Made by a program: the position numbers and the translations under genes
Shown: piece by piece, positions 1 through 10,127 of the stretch
Layout of the letters: each line of letters starts with the position of its first letter
How positions within the stretch are numbered: the first letter of the stretch is position 1
Notes under the pieces: generated by a model
Database searches by the model: none
Told to the model about the DNA's origin: nothing
The model's input: the letters and a program-made list of their open reading frames with translations, nothing else
Assembly (NCBI GenBank): GCA_036339465.1
Contig: JAYZAY010000011.1
Coordinates: forward strand, 96,001-160,000
DNA from: Myxococcota bacterium
GTDB taxonomy: Bacteria > Myxococcota > XYA12-FULL-58-9 > JABJBS01
Length of the DNA: 64,000 nt
Reading direction: 5' to 3'

Positions 1-62
1 TGAGAAGAGGGGATCTAGCTCTTATGGAATGAATCAACAAGGGCTTTTCGTTTTACCTTGGT

Positions 63-1826
63 TTAGTAATCGACACCTAGAAAAAGTGTGCATCCCAAGG
101 ATACATCGGAGAGTGAAACTTTCGATTTGAAAGAGACGGCCTGTCGTCCTTCCGGAATCTTGGTGGGGTCATAAGTGCCATAGGCTCCGTAGTGTTCGAA
201 TTCTGTTTCAACCTTCACAAAGAGTGAAGCCATGTTGAGTTTGATTCCTCCTGCAACGACGTAGGCGAAATGTCCGCTAAGACCTTCCTCCAGAAAGACT
301 TCGAGTTTTGGATTGGCACCGAAGGCGGCCATGAACTGTCCGTAGGCCGCGATGCTGTCGAAAAAAGGTATGCTAAAATCAAAAGGGTGATTGTATCTAA
401 GTGAAACAAACGGGAGATTATATTCTATGTTGGGAAAGGCTTGGATGGTTGCACCAAAATTTCCATTCGCAGGGAAAGTGTAATAACGATAGCCTAGTCT
501 TAGATTCAGATCTGACGCATTTTTCCTATCGAAAAGTACCCACCGAATATTCATTGCTAGGTCTGCGATATAGGGACTCGAATCACTCCTGAGCTCAAAC
601 AAACCTCTGTTGGAAACGGAAGACCATTTTAGTCCAAAGTGAAATCCGATTAGGTGAGTCCACCAGGGCGTCATACCAAATTGAGCGAAGGGAAATGCGT
701 CGATAGATAGCCCCACTCCCGGGAAGAAGAGTCCGCCGGAGCTGTATCTTAATTCTCCGTCATCTGATTTACAGCAAAGCGTAGCACTTCGACTTCTACC
801 AGTTAGAGCGAGGGCTATCGAAAAATTGGGTCGTTTTCTCGCATCGAGATTGTAAACACCTTTTGGAGGAGCACTTTCGTCGGTGTCTATAGCCACGATC
901 TCTGTGGCCGTTGCAGTCTCTTGAGTCGCAGCGGTAGCATCAGCGTGTTCAATCTCCGCATCCTTAGGGGGGGCAGATGTGGTGGCACTTTCGTCGGTGT
1001 CTATCGGCTGGGTCTCTGCTGCCGTTGCAGAATCTTGAGTCGCAGTGTCAGCGTCAGCGTGTTCAGTCTGCGCATCCTTAGGGGGGGCAGATGTGGTGGC
1101 GGCTTTGTCGGCGAGTGGTGCAATTTCCATGTCCACTGTCGTTTCCGGGTTTCGGGGCTCTGTTTCTCCTTTTGCGACAGGACTACCTGCGTCTGTTGCA
1201 GAAGGAGAGGAGGTCGCTGTTGTTGTTGGACCAGCGAGCGGGATCGCTACAAGAGGGGCTGGTGACCCATTAGGCTTTTCGGATGTTTCGGTTGTCGTAG
1301 AGCTTGCAGCAGGGGAGGCTGCGGCGATTTTCGGGGCTTCTTTGGATTGTTCTGCTTTTGTGAGGACCCCTATTATGCTTTTGACCAATTGATTTCCGAG
1401 TGTGGAATTTAATTTCTTTTTAAAGTCGACCTTTTGAGTGTGGATTGCTGCGGAAGTTGGGAGTTTGTAGACAGAGACAGCTATACTTCTGCTGCCGATC
1501 TCTGTTGTGACGGCATAGCTGAAATTCAGCTTCTCTCCTATTTTGACAAGTTCATCCATACCGTTGAGCGTTGAAAGGGAGATGTTTTGAGACTTGGCCT
1601 CTTTTCGGATGTCCTTGAAGGGAATCACCGAGTAGTTTTTGGCCAGCGGAAATACGATTCGCTGCATCATGATGGGTGTCATTCTAACACTTGAACCTTT
1701 GGCTACAGGAACGATGGCGATGGAAACACTTTCCGCATTTGCGAACGAGGGGGAAAATATCATTCCCAAGAGTAAGCAGGTGATGAGTCGTTGACTTAGG
1801 TGGTACTTTGGAGACGAGATTTGCAT
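63..1826 (-). CDS. Secreted/outer-membrane hypothetical protein: signal peptide, N-terminal domain, A/T/P/D/E-rich linker with tandem repeat, probable C-terminal beta-barrel
   Basis: 587 aa ORF; signal peptide ending SFANA; low-complexity middle; C-terminal amphipathic strands ending in an aromatic residue (LFLGVDY). Confidence 0.6.
   Translation of the reverse strand: MQISSPKYHLSQRLITCLLLGMIFSPSFANAESVSIAIVPVAKGSSVRMTPIMMQRIVFPLAKNYSVIPFKDIRKEAKSQNISLSTLNGMDELVKIGEKLNFSYAVTTEIGSRSIAVSVYKLPTSAAIHTQKVDFKKKLNSTLGNQLVKSIIGVLTKAEQSKEAPKIAAASPAASSTTTETSEKPNGSPAPLVAIPLAGPTTTATSSPSATDAGSPVAKGETEPRNPETTVDMEIAPLADKAATTSAPPKDAQTEHADADTATQDSATAAETQPIDTDESATTSAPPKDAEIEHADATAATQETATATEIVAIDTDESAPPKGVYNLDARKRPNFSIALALTGRSRSATLCCKSDDGELRYSSGGLFFPGVGLSIDAFPFAQFGMTPWWTHLIGFHFGLKWSSVSNRGLFELRSDSSPYIADLAMNIRWVLFDRKNASDLNLRLGYRYYTFPANGNFGATIQAFPNIEYNLPFVSLRYNHPFDFSIPFFDSIAAYGQFMAAFGANPKLEVFLEEGLSGHFAYVVAGGIKLNMASLFVKVETEFEHYGAYGTYDPTKIPEGRQAVSFKSKVSLSDVSLGCTLFLGVDY
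871..1100. repeat. Intragenic tandem repeat, about 2 x 114 bp (38 aa)
   Basis: gcactttcgtcggtgtctat at 871 and 985; tccttagggggggcagatgtggtggc at 961 and 1075; peptide TTSAPPKDA..EHADA..ATQ..ATA.E...IDTDESA occurs twice. Confidence 0.9.
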
Positions 1827-2006
1827 GATATCACCTTCCGGGAAATCGTTCCCATATCCTATTTATAGCGAGCAACCCCAAGCGTGTGCAAATGCCAAAG
1901 GAGCAATTTTGTGGATTTCAAAGGTCCATCGATTTCGGTTTGTGTTAGAGGTAAAGGGGAGATACAATACCGGGGGGGGGTGGCCCGGGTCTACAGGGGA
2001 GATGTT

Positions 2007-2402
2007 TTGAAAACATTAGTGGTCGAGGATGACTCTACGACAGCCACGGTGATGGCCGAATTGTTGGGGTTTTACGGAGCGGTATCAGTGGTGAAGTCAG
2101 GAGGGGCGGCGCTTGACCTTTTTCGACGTGCTTTCGAAAGTGGTGAGGCCTTCGATTTGGTTTGTTTGGACATCATGTTGCCAGATATGAGTGGCCAGAG
2201 CGTATTGAAGGTTCTGAGGGAGCATGAGGCCTCTATAGGATGTAAGGACAATGAGGTGGTTAGGATTGTGATGACGAGTTCTCGCACAGATCCCCCAGCA
2301 ATTTTAGGGGCTTTTCGGGAGCAATGTGATGACTACCTTGTGAAACCGACCACTCAGGCCAAACTTCATCAGATGATTAAGAAACAGGGCTTGGTTCCAT
2401 GA
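2007..2402 (+). CDS. Single-domain response regulator (CheY-like receiver)
   Basis: LVVEDD, LVCLDIMLPDMSG, IVMTS, YLVKP; probable TTG start at 2007 after an AGGGGAG RBS (ORF track starts at 1884). Confidence 0.88.
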   Translation: MKTLVVEDDSTTATVMAELLGFYGAVSVVKSGGAALDLFRRAFESGEAFDLVCLDIMLPDMSGQSVLKVLREHEASIGCKDNEVVRIVMTSSRTDPPAILGAFREQCDDYLVKPTTQAKLHQMIKKQGLVP

Positions 2403-2445
2403 ATATTAGCCGTAAAGCTCTTGTCATCAGTCGGAGTTTTAGGGG

Positions 2446-4743
2446 CTAGAAGTTGATATTATCCATGATTTTACTCGGGATTGTTGCCTGAATGTTCAGG
2501 GATTTACGTTCGTAGAGGGCGCTATAAATCGCGAGATTTTCAAGCACTTTTTTTACGTAATGTCGGGTTTCACGGTAGGGGATTTCTTCGATAAATTCGT
2601 CTGTCTCCATGCCTATTCGGTTGTTTGCCCACTCCTCAACTGCCACAGGCCCGGCGTTATACGCACTGATCGCCAGAGCAATATTTCCCTGAAATTTCTT
2701 GAGAAGCTCAGAGAGGTACCATGCTCCGAAGCGAATATTGACGGTAGGTTGTTGTAAAGTACCGGAATTAAAATCTTTTAATTTGAGTCTCTTAGAAATC
2801 TCTGATCCCGTTCTCGGGATTAATTGCATCAGCCCTTGAGCGCTCGCCCAGGATTGTGCTTGTGGCTTGAAGGCACTTTCTTGTCTCATGATGGAGAGAA
2901 TTAGCCAGGAGTCGATGGAGAATTCCTCAGCCACGTGAGAAACGGTCTTTGCATAGGCCAATGGGTATGAAAGTTGGTAATAGATCTCGTTGTTACTTCG
3001 TATGTCCTGAGACAACTGCTCTTTAAAATATAGAGCGACTAAGCGATGCGCGCGATTGTAAGCGCCCAAAGCTTGGTAGAGCAATAACCTAGACAAGCGA
3101 ACTTGATCACTACTGATATTAGAAATCGGTGGAAGGAGATCAACCATATGGACGGCCTCCTGTGGGTAGTTGAAACGAACGAGTTGTCGAATAGTGGTTC
3201 CGATTTTATCTGTCCAGTTAAAGAGGCTACCACCGTTGGGCTGTAGGCTTTTGAGTGTTTTTGAGTGTCCGTTTTTTTGCAGTCCCACGTGCCCGACGGC
3301 TTCTTTAAATTTGTTCCGAGTTTTACTGGTTGGATTGGAGGTTGTGACATCACTGTCCAGGGCGGCAAGGGTGATCGGCCCGCCAAAGTGGCTGGTGGTG
3401 GTCATGGGAGTGTCGAATTCACTGAGTCGTTGCCGGGCCAGGAAGCCGTAGTAGCGACTAGGTTTTTCTTCGATTACCTTCTGAAATGCGACTTTCGCTT
3501 TGTCTGATTGGCCTAATTTTGTGAAAAGTCGGCCTTGCCAGTAATGAACCCTAGGGAGCAACGAACTTTTTGGAAAACGACGTTCAAAGTCTTCGAGCAA
3601 GGTTTTAGCTTCTTTTAGTTCGCCATTTTTATATGAATTCCAGGCTTGAAACCATCTTGCATCTACGGTGTTGTGGTGTCGACCGAATTTGTTCAAATAC
3701 GAAGTGAAGAGTTGGCTGGCGCGTTCTCCGGCCGAGCTATGACTGGCAAGCCATGCGGCCATATACAGTGCTTGGCGTCCTTGTTTTTGGGCGCCAAATC
3801 GTTCGTGGGCTTTAAGATAGGAATCCACGGCTTTCGATTTGTCACCTAAGCGATACTGAGCACGGGCCTTCCATTGTAGGTATTTGTACCAATCGCCACT
3901 AGATTGGGCACTTTCCGAAAGTTGCATGAAGCCATTTTTTGCTTTTTCGAAACGACCCTGCCGAAAGTCTAGAATGCTGGTTAGGAATACATATTTTTCC
4001 CGATGACTATCGTCTTCTACTAGAGTTAATTTGGCCTTCTCAAGAGTTTCCTTAGCCAGGGTCAAAGATCGTCTTTTTAGCAGTTTTTCTGCCCGTTCAA
4101 GCCATGTTTGGGTTGGAATATCGGCGATTCGTTTTTCTATTGCGAGTTGGTTGAGTCTTGAAAGTGCTTCATTGCTGAGGGGGTGGGTTGGGTTACCGGT
4201 TACAAAAAACTGATAAATTGCCGCGGCCTTCTCAAAGTCTCCCGTTTTTTCGAGGAGTATAGCCAAAGTGATTCGAGCATAATTGGATGCATCGTGATGC
4301 GGGTATCTTTCAAGGGCGATTTCGTAGCCCCGAATGGCATCTTCAGTTCTACCATTTGCGTAATAGCTATCAGCGATGGAAAAATAGGCTCTTCCAACGG
4401 ATTCTTCAGGGGTGTTTCCCTCTATGAGCTCGCGCCATATGCTCGTGGCTTTTTCCCAATCACCTATATTTCTATACCCATATGCACGTAGGCTTAATAT
4501 GTGATGTTTAACTGGGGGCAGTTGTTCTTCCAAACCTTCCAAATACCGAAGCCCACTTTTGTAAAATCCTCTTTCCATGGCGGTTCGGCCGGCGAGGAAC
4601 CTGGCTTCCTGAGCGATAATCTCTTCGCCGCGCGTGGCTATCATCGCATCGTAAGAGATGGCCTGGTATGGCGTAAATGGTGTGGTGGCATTGCCAGTTA
4701 ATGGGAATAAGAAGAAAATAATCAGGGCGATTTGAGGGTACAT
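2446..4743 (-). CDS. slt: Soluble lytic transglycosylase (Slt70-like) with TPR repeats
   Basis: SLT motifs IMRQESAF, AQGLMQL, AYNAGP, IPYRETRHYVKKV; TPR-rich N-terminus; start chosen at the signal peptide MYPQIALIIFF. Confidence 0.9.
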   Translation of the reverse strand: MYPQIALIIFFLFPLTGNATTPFTPYQAISYDAMIATRGEEIIAQEARFLAGRTAMERGFYKSGLRYLEGLEEQLPPVKHHILSLRAYGYRNIGDWEKATSIWRELIEGNTPEESVGRAYFSIADSYYANGRTEDAIRGYEIALERYPHHDASNYARITLAILLEKTGDFEKAAAIYQFFVTGNPTHPLSNEALSRLNQLAIEKRIADIPTQTWLERAEKLLKRRSLTLAKETLEKAKLTLVEDDSHREKYVFLTSILDFRQGRFEKAKNGFMQLSESAQSSGDWYKYLQWKARAQYRLGDKSKAVDSYLKAHERFGAQKQGRQALYMAAWLASHSSAGERASQLFTSYLNKFGRHHNTVDARWFQAWNSYKNGELKEAKTLLEDFERRFPKSSLLPRVHYWQGRLFTKLGQSDKAKVAFQKVIEEKPSRYYGFLARQRLSEFDTPMTTTSHFGGPITLAALDSDVTTSNPTSKTRNKFKEAVGHVGLQKNGHSKTLKSLQPNGGSLFNWTDKIGTTIRQLVRFNYPQEAVHMVDLLPPISNISSDQVRLSRLLLYQALGAYNRAHRLVALYFKEQLSQDIRSNNEIYYQLSYPLAYAKTVSHVAEEFSIDSWLILSIMRQESAFKPQAQSWASAQGLMQLIPRTGSEISKRLKLKDFNSGTLQQPTVNIRFGAWYLSELLKKFQGNIALAISAYNAGPVAVEEWANNRIGMETDEFIEEIPYRETRHYVKKVLENLAIYSALYERKSLNIQATIPSKIMDNINF

Positions 4744-4911
4744 TGGTCGCGAAAGTTTTCCCGGTTTTTGTGGATACTTGGTAAAGTCCATGGATTCGAG
4801 TTTAGTGTTGTCCCAGAGCCCTTGCAAAGTTTTATCTCCCTGAAATTAAACAACCAGATCTTCTTAGAGTTGAATAGATGGGGCTTGACTCGTAATGAAC
4901 ACATCAAACGT

Positions 4912-7290
4912 ATGCCCCTGCTCATTCTGAGTATTGTCTATGCCGGAGGGATACTTTATGAGGATTCGCTTGGATTTCATCCAGCTCTCCTAACCATTCT
5001 AATCGTTGGGAGTCCAGTATGTCTAATACGATCTCTCAGGCGATCGACCCGAGAAAGTATTCTAACTCTATTGATCTGGTTTTTTGTCCTGGGGGCGGCC
5101 AATTACCTCTCTCAAACGGAGCATGCCAGTCAAAATCAGGTACGATCAGGTTCTGGTACCTTTCATATCACCATCGAGGAGAACTCGCTCCCGTTGCCTC
5201 AACACGAACATGGTGGACATAGAGTCCGCACCAAAGTGTCTGCTTACGTTATTGAAGAAGATGAATCTTTTTGGGGCAAGCGTGCGTTACCACTATGTCT
5301 CTACCATAGGGGGTTGATGAGTTTGGTTAAGGGCCAGCAATATTTGGGAAATCTAACGATTAAATCTTGGCGTCCCAAGTTGAATCCTTGGGAGATTATG
5401 CCCGAAGAGAGAACACGTCGACAAGGTTGTGTGGCTAACGCCAGAAGTAAAGGATCGCTCGTATTGATGGAAAACGCGGGTTTTGGGGCGCAATGGTGGC
5501 AGGCTAAGCGAAGTAACTTTGCGAGGTTTCTTGATCGGAGAATTGAGTCGAGTGAGGTTGGCGCCTTGGCTAGAGCTCTTTTACTAGGAGACCGAAGTCT
5601 TCTATCAGGAGTGGACAGAAGACCCTGGAATCGTGCGGGTTTGGGGCATCTATTGGCCATAAGCGGACTTCATATTGCGATATTATTTAGTCTCTTTTTT
5701 CTTTCTTTTTTGGCCATACTCAGTGCCATTCCTACTCTCTTTGAGCGCTTAAATTCTACAGTGATTTCTTCACTTTTTGCCCTTTTGGTAAGTTTAATTT
5801 TCGCTGAATGGGTGGGTATGGGCGTTTCGGTTTACCGTGCCGCGGGTATGCTGACGATTGCTGTTCTTGGTCGATTGTGGGGACACGAATATCGAGCATT
5901 GAATTCACTTGGCGGTATTGCTCTTGCGGCAATGGCACTGAATCCTCTTTGGGTTTTTTCGGTAGGCTTTCAACTTTCGTTTATGGCGACAGTCGCTATT
6001 TTATTGATACCGGTTCCGATAACGAAAGGTATGTCAGTTTGGGTTTTACAGAGTGTGCGTCTCACAATGGTTACAACCGTGGTGACATTGCCCATTGTTG
6101 TGAATGCATTTGGCGAGGTACCACTTTTGGGTTTCGTCTTTAATCTGTTTTTTGTGCCCCTGGTCGGATTCGTTATTCTCCCTTCAGGTATCTTATTGTT
6201 GTTTCTTTGGAGTTTGGGAATCGATGCTCCTATCCTGTGGGATCTTTGGAATAATGTTTTTTTTCAATTGCGAATGATTCTCGTTATGTTGGCTGATCAC
6301 TCTCTTTTTGTCCTATTCTGGTCCAATATTTCATGGTTTTTTCTTGTGTCCTATTATGGGGGAGCATGGGGATTGCTTTTGGCGTGGTCAGGCAAATGGA
6401 TGTCTGAACGAACTTATTGGTTGATGATGGGTGCTCTTTTAATGGCTCTTTTTGGCGTTACTGTGGAAATGTCGCGGGAGAGAGAGTTTAATCTCTTTCA
6501 ACCCTATATAGGGCAAGGTTCAGCGACTCTTTTAGGTTTAAGTGGAGGCAAGACGGTTTTGATTGATGCTGGTCCGAGCGGTTTTGATGGTTATGGTGCT
6601 CCCATTTGGCCAGCCCTTAGGTGGTATTTGGGCAAGGAAGCTGCCAGCAAGGTTCATGTTGCACTGCTGACACATGCGGATGCTGATCATATTGGCGGAT
6701 TCTTTGAGCTGATCGACCAGGTAGAAATTAAGCGTTTCTATATCCATGTGCTTCACAAGCGCCGAAAAAATGTTGGTGTTCTTCTACAAAAGCTTCGGGG
6801 AAAGGGAGTTGAGGTCTATTGGTTGGAGGGTACCCAGGGGAAGATAGAGGTTGATGATGAGACCTATATCCGTTTTTTCAGCATCGGTGAGGAAGTGCAC
6901 ACCACTTCGAAAAAGCGAACGAGATACAATGATCATTCTACAGTATTCCTTTTGCACAATCGGAATAAAAGAGTTCTTTTTGCGGGTGATATTCATGCTT
7001 GGGGTGAATCAAAACTACTAAATCAACTTGAGGAAGTGGATATTCTCATGGTCCCTCATCATGGAAGTCGAACCTCTACCACTGCGGCGTTGTTGGCCGT
7101 ATTGAGACCCAAAATCGCGATTATTTCTTGTGGCTACAAGAATCGATTTGGGTTCCCCCATCAACCGGTATTAAATCGGCTCGATTTGATAAAAGCGAAG
7201 ATTCTTAGGACAGACCGACATGGGGCCATCATGCTAACGGATTCTAAGGTGGAATGGGTTGGTGATTTCGTTTTTGGAGCGGCTCGTTAG
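4912..7290 (+). CDS. comEC: DNA-uptake competence protein ComEC/Rec2
   Basis: HLLAISGLH, GFQLSF, many TM segments, MBL domain THADADHIGG, VPHHGS, NRFGFPH, RTD..GAI; start uncertain (ORF track 4732). Confidence 0.9.
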   Translation: MPLLILSIVYAGGILYEDSLGFHPALLTILIVGSPVCLIRSLRRSTRESILTLLIWFFVLGAANYLSQTEHASQNQVRSGSGTFHITIEENSLPLPQHEHGGHRVRTKVSAYVIEEDESFWGKRALPLCLYHRGLMSLVKGQQYLGNLTIKSWRPKLNPWEIMPEERTRRQGCVANARSKGSLVLMENAGFGAQWWQAKRSNFARFLDRRIESSEVGALARALLLGDRSLLSGVDRRPWNRAGLGHLLAISGLHIAILFSLFFLSFLAILSAIPTLFERLNSTVISSLFALLVSLIFAEWVGMGVSVYRAAGMLTIAVLGRLWGHEYRALNSLGGIALAAMALNPLWVFSVGFQLSFMATVAILLIPVPITKGMSVWVLQSVRLTMVTTVVTLPIVVNAFGEVPLLGFVFNLFFVPLVGFVILPSGILLLFLWSLGIDAPILWDLWNNVFFQLRMILVMLADHSLFVLFWSNISWFFLVSYYGGAWGLLLAWSGKWMSERTYWLMMGALLMALFGVTVEMSREREFNLFQPYIGQGSATLLGLSGGKTVLIDAGPSGFDGYGAPIWPALRWYLGKEAASKVHVALLTHADADHIGGFFELIDQVEIKRFYIHVLHKRRKNVGVLLQKLRGKGVEVYWLEGTQGKIEVDDETYIRFFSIGEEVHTTSKKRTRYNDHSTVFLLHNRNKRVLFAGDIHAWGESKLLNQLEEVDILMVPHHGSRTSTTAALLAVLRPKIAIISCGYKNRFGFPHQPVLNRLDLIKAKILRTDRHGAIMLTDSKVEWVGDFVFGAAR

Positions 7291-7550
7291 CCTATTTCGT
7301 AACCGTCTTCATTCAAAAGTCCTTGGGCCTGTGCTTCATGAATAATTTCTCTGACTTTCTCAATTTGGTTGTCGCCAACTGCGATTTTGTAGAACTCATC
7401 GGTTCCCATTGGGGTGGGAAAGGGCGAAAGGCTTCGGTCCCGAACGATGGGTCGGACTCCGTTATCTTCCAAGACCCCCACCAGCCAATCGAGTTCGATT
7501 GGATTGTATACGCAGAATACATCGATATAATCTTCTTTGGTATGATCCAT
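7287..7550 (-). CDS. Small DUF2007-like (putative signal-transducing) protein
   Basis: 87 aa, pattern N.IE...L.GVLEDNGV; GGAGG RBS upstream. Confidence 0.6.
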   Translation of the reverse strand: MDHTKEDYIDVFCVYNPIELDWLVGVLEDNGVRPIVRDRSLSPFPTPMGTDEFYKIAVGDNQIEKVREIIHEAQAQGLLNEDGYEIG

Positions 7551-7652
7551 AGCTACCTCCCAATCTTTGATTCTGTTATGCCGTGGCCAAATTTGTCAAT
7601 GTAATCAAATTAGGGATGACCGCTTACTTGGGGGCTTGGGTAGGTTTTAGCT

Positions 7653-9431
7653 TCAGAGATCCAGCAATTCGAGTAAGCCATGATCAGCGGCTAAAATAGT
7701 TTTGAGATAATCGCGGATGAGCCTACTTGGATTGGAGATAGAGCTTTCAAGGATATTGCCCGCCAGTTCTTCGCATTTAGAAACGTTTAGTCGGCGAATG
7801 ACATATTTTGCTTTGGGAATTGAACCGGCGTTCATGCTAAATTTGCGAAACCCAAGCCCTATGAGCGCCGGCAAACAGTTTATGTCTCCTGCCATCTCGC
7901 CGCAGATCGTGAGATTGTCGGTATGTGTGGTGGCTTGTTGGTATATTGTCGATAGCATCCGGAGAACAGGTAAAGAGAGTGGATTGTATAGGTAAGCAAC
8001 ACTGTCGTTTATTCGATCGATGGCGCAAAGATATTGGATGAGATCATTGGTTCCGATGGATAAAAAGTCCACTTTTTCTGCGAGTTGGTCTGTGATTAAG
8101 GCAGTTGCAGGGACTTCAATCATCGCCCCTATTTCCGGCGTGTTTTCCTGCTTCAGCCCTTCTTGCTTGAGTCGATTTGTGATTGTTTGAACTTTCTCCT
8201 TGACGATTCTTAGTTCTTCCAGGGTTGTAAGCATCGGGATCAATATCTTGAAATTGCCGAATTCGGATGCGCGGAGTATGCCTTCTAGTTGATCTTCAAG
8301 CAGCTGATTTTCTTTTAAGGCAAACCGGATGCCCCTTAGGCCTAGAGCCGGGTTGGGTTCTTTGGCTGCTTTTTCTAGTGTGCCGAAAGATTTGTCTGCT
8401 TCGAGATCAAATAACCTCAGGGTGACTGGTGTATTGCCTAATTCATTAAAAATCGAGCAATAGGTTCGGATGTGATGCTCGGTGGTGGGTGGGTTTTCGG
8501 GTGAGAGATAGAGAAACTCTGTTCTATACAGCCCAATGCCTTCACCACCGTTTTCAACAACATTCGATGCCTCGAACGGCAATTCGATATTGCCTTCGAG
8601 GGTGATTTGGACGTTATCTGCGGTTATTGATGGCGAAAATTTATCTCTCAGTATCGCATTATGGGAAGACTGGTAGCGGTGGTTTTTCTGGCGGGCGGTT
8701 TGTAATACCTCGGTTTTTGGATGTAGGGAGACCTCACCTGAAAAACCATCTACGATGATAATGTCGCCGTCTCCAGCGAGGGAAAAAACATTCTTACAGC
8801 CAACCACGGCAGGAATACCCAATGAACGAGCAATAATGGCGGTATGAGATGTGCTGCTACCTTTTTCTGTAACGATAGCTGTAATCCGTCGGTGGCTGAG
8901 GATGACAACATCGACCGGACTGAGATCGTGTGCTATTAAAACGCTTCCAACGCCAACGTCCGCAACCCCTTTGAGCTCTGGGCTAATTCCTACTAGGTTA
9001 CGCAGAACTCGTTCCCCAACAAAATCGATATCGCCACGTCTTTCTTTCAGATATGGGTCATTCATATCCTCGAACATGCTTCGAATCTGTTGAATGATCT
9101 TACTAAAGGCCCATTCTGCGTTTATTTTTTCTGCATGAATAAGTTTCGAGGTATCCGAGAGAAGCTCTTCGTCTTTGAGTATAAGCTCATGTGCCTCAAG
9201 TATAAGCTGATGATCCACGCCATCTTCCATGAATCGAGTGCGAATGCTTTCGAGTTGTGTGACCGATTTTTCTAGGGCTGTTTTAATTCGCGAAATCTCG
9301 AAAGCTTCTTGGCCTCGGATAATATGATTCCGTGGGATACGAATGTGTCTGCGTTCTAGGAGAGAGACTCTTCCGATACAAACACCTTCAGATACACCAA
9401 TACCCTGCAAGCTTTCTTTCTCTGTATTCAT
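7653..9431 (-). CDS. ptsI: Phosphoenolpyruvate-protein phosphotransferase (PTS enzyme I)
   Basis: GSSTSHTAIIARSLG (phospho-His), GIGLYRTEF, EPNPALGLRGIR, SIGTNDL, ICGEMAGD. Confidence 0.95.
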   Translation of the reverse strand: MNTEKESLQGIGVSEGVCIGRVSLLERRHIRIPRNHIIRGQEAFEISRIKTALEKSVTQLESIRTRFMEDGVDHQLILEAHELILKDEELLSDTSKLIHAEKINAEWAFSKIIQQIRSMFEDMNDPYLKERRGDIDFVGERVLRNLVGISPELKGVADVGVGSVLIAHDLSPVDVVILSHRRITAIVTEKGSSTSHTAIIARSLGIPAVVGCKNVFSLAGDGDIIIVDGFSGEVSLHPKTEVLQTARQKNHRYQSSHNAILRDKFSPSITADNVQITLEGNIELPFEASNVVENGGEGIGLYRTEFLYLSPENPPTTEHHIRTYCSIFNELGNTPVTLRLFDLEADKSFGTLEKAAKEPNPALGLRGIRFALKENQLLEDQLEGILRASEFGNFKILIPMLTTLEELRIVKEKVQTITNRLKQEGLKQENTPEIGAMIEVPATALITDQLAEKVDFLSIGTNDLIQYLCAIDRINDSVAYLYNPLSLPVLRMLSTIYQQATTHTDNLTICGEMAGDINCLPALIGLGFRKFSMNAGSIPKAKYVIRRLNVSKCEELAGNILESSISNPSRLIRDYLKTILAADHGLLELLDL

Positions 9432-9709
9432 GATTCGAAATGAAACTTATTGACAATGAGATTTCGGAGGGTGTCTAGACAGGCTTTTGCATCTTCGCCT
9501 TCCGTGGTGATTTCTAATATGGAGCCACACGGAGCAGCTAAAGCTAAAATACCCATGATACTTTTACCGTTGGCCACAATGCCATTGTATTCGATTGTAA
9601 CTTTGGCTTTAAAATTTGAGGTGGTTTGCACAATGACACCGGCGGCACGTAAGTGCAGACCGAGATTGTGCAATATTTCTACTGTTATAGTTTGTTTCGT
9701 GGTCATCAT
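9428..9709 (-). CDS. ptsH: HPr phosphocarrier
   Basis: GLHLRAA (His15 equivalent), GKSIMGIL (Ser46 equivalent), EGEDA. Confidence 0.92.
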   Translation of the reverse strand: MMTTKQTITVEILHNLGLHLRAAGVIVQTTSNFKAKVTIEYNGIVANGKSIMGILALAAPCGSILEITTEGEDAKACLDTLRNLIVNKFHFES

Positions 9710-9719
9710 TTCTCCAGCT

Positions 9720-10124
9720 TCACGATGAGGTGAGAACCTCACCGGCGATCACGATGGCGCTCTTGGCTGATTGGCTAACTTGGGTTGCAACGTCCGAGAG
9801 GGGTTGGTCACTTGTAGCGAGAGAGAGGGCCTTCGTGAGCATCGGGAGATTAACGCCAGTTATGACTTCAATTTTTTCTTTAGAGTGCTTGGTCATGGCG
9901 ATGTGGGATGGTGTGCCGCCGAAGAGGTCGGTTAGGATGAGAATACCAGAGCAATTTCGGAGCTTTTGGAGGGCACTGTTGAAGCTTTCTTCAAATGTTT
10001 CGACAGGTTTGTTCAGCTCGACTTCTATAGAATATATATGTTCCATGTTTGCGCAGATCAGGCTAGCTGCTTTGATTAGGCCAGTTGCCAATGGGGCATG
10101 GGTCGCAACGATAATTCCTAGCAT
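9720..10124 (-). CDS. PTS EIIA, mannose/fructose family (stand-alone)
   Basis: IIVATH, LTDLFGGTP, ITGVNLPML. Confidence 0.9.
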   Translation of the reverse strand: MLGIIVATHAPLATGLIKAASLICANMEHIYSIEVELNKPVETFEESFNSALQKLRNCSGILILTDLFGGTPSHIAMTKHSKEKIEVITGVNLPMLTKALSLATSDQPLSDVATQVSQSAKSAIVIAGEVLTSS

Positions 10125-10127
10125 TTT

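Noticed and set aside
871..1100. CRISPR-like array
   Set aside because: In-frame coding tandem repeat with no unique spacers and no cas genes
4732..4911. Head-to-head overlap of slt and comEC in the ORF track
   Set aside because: More plausible starts (4743 with a signal peptide, and 4912) remove the overlap
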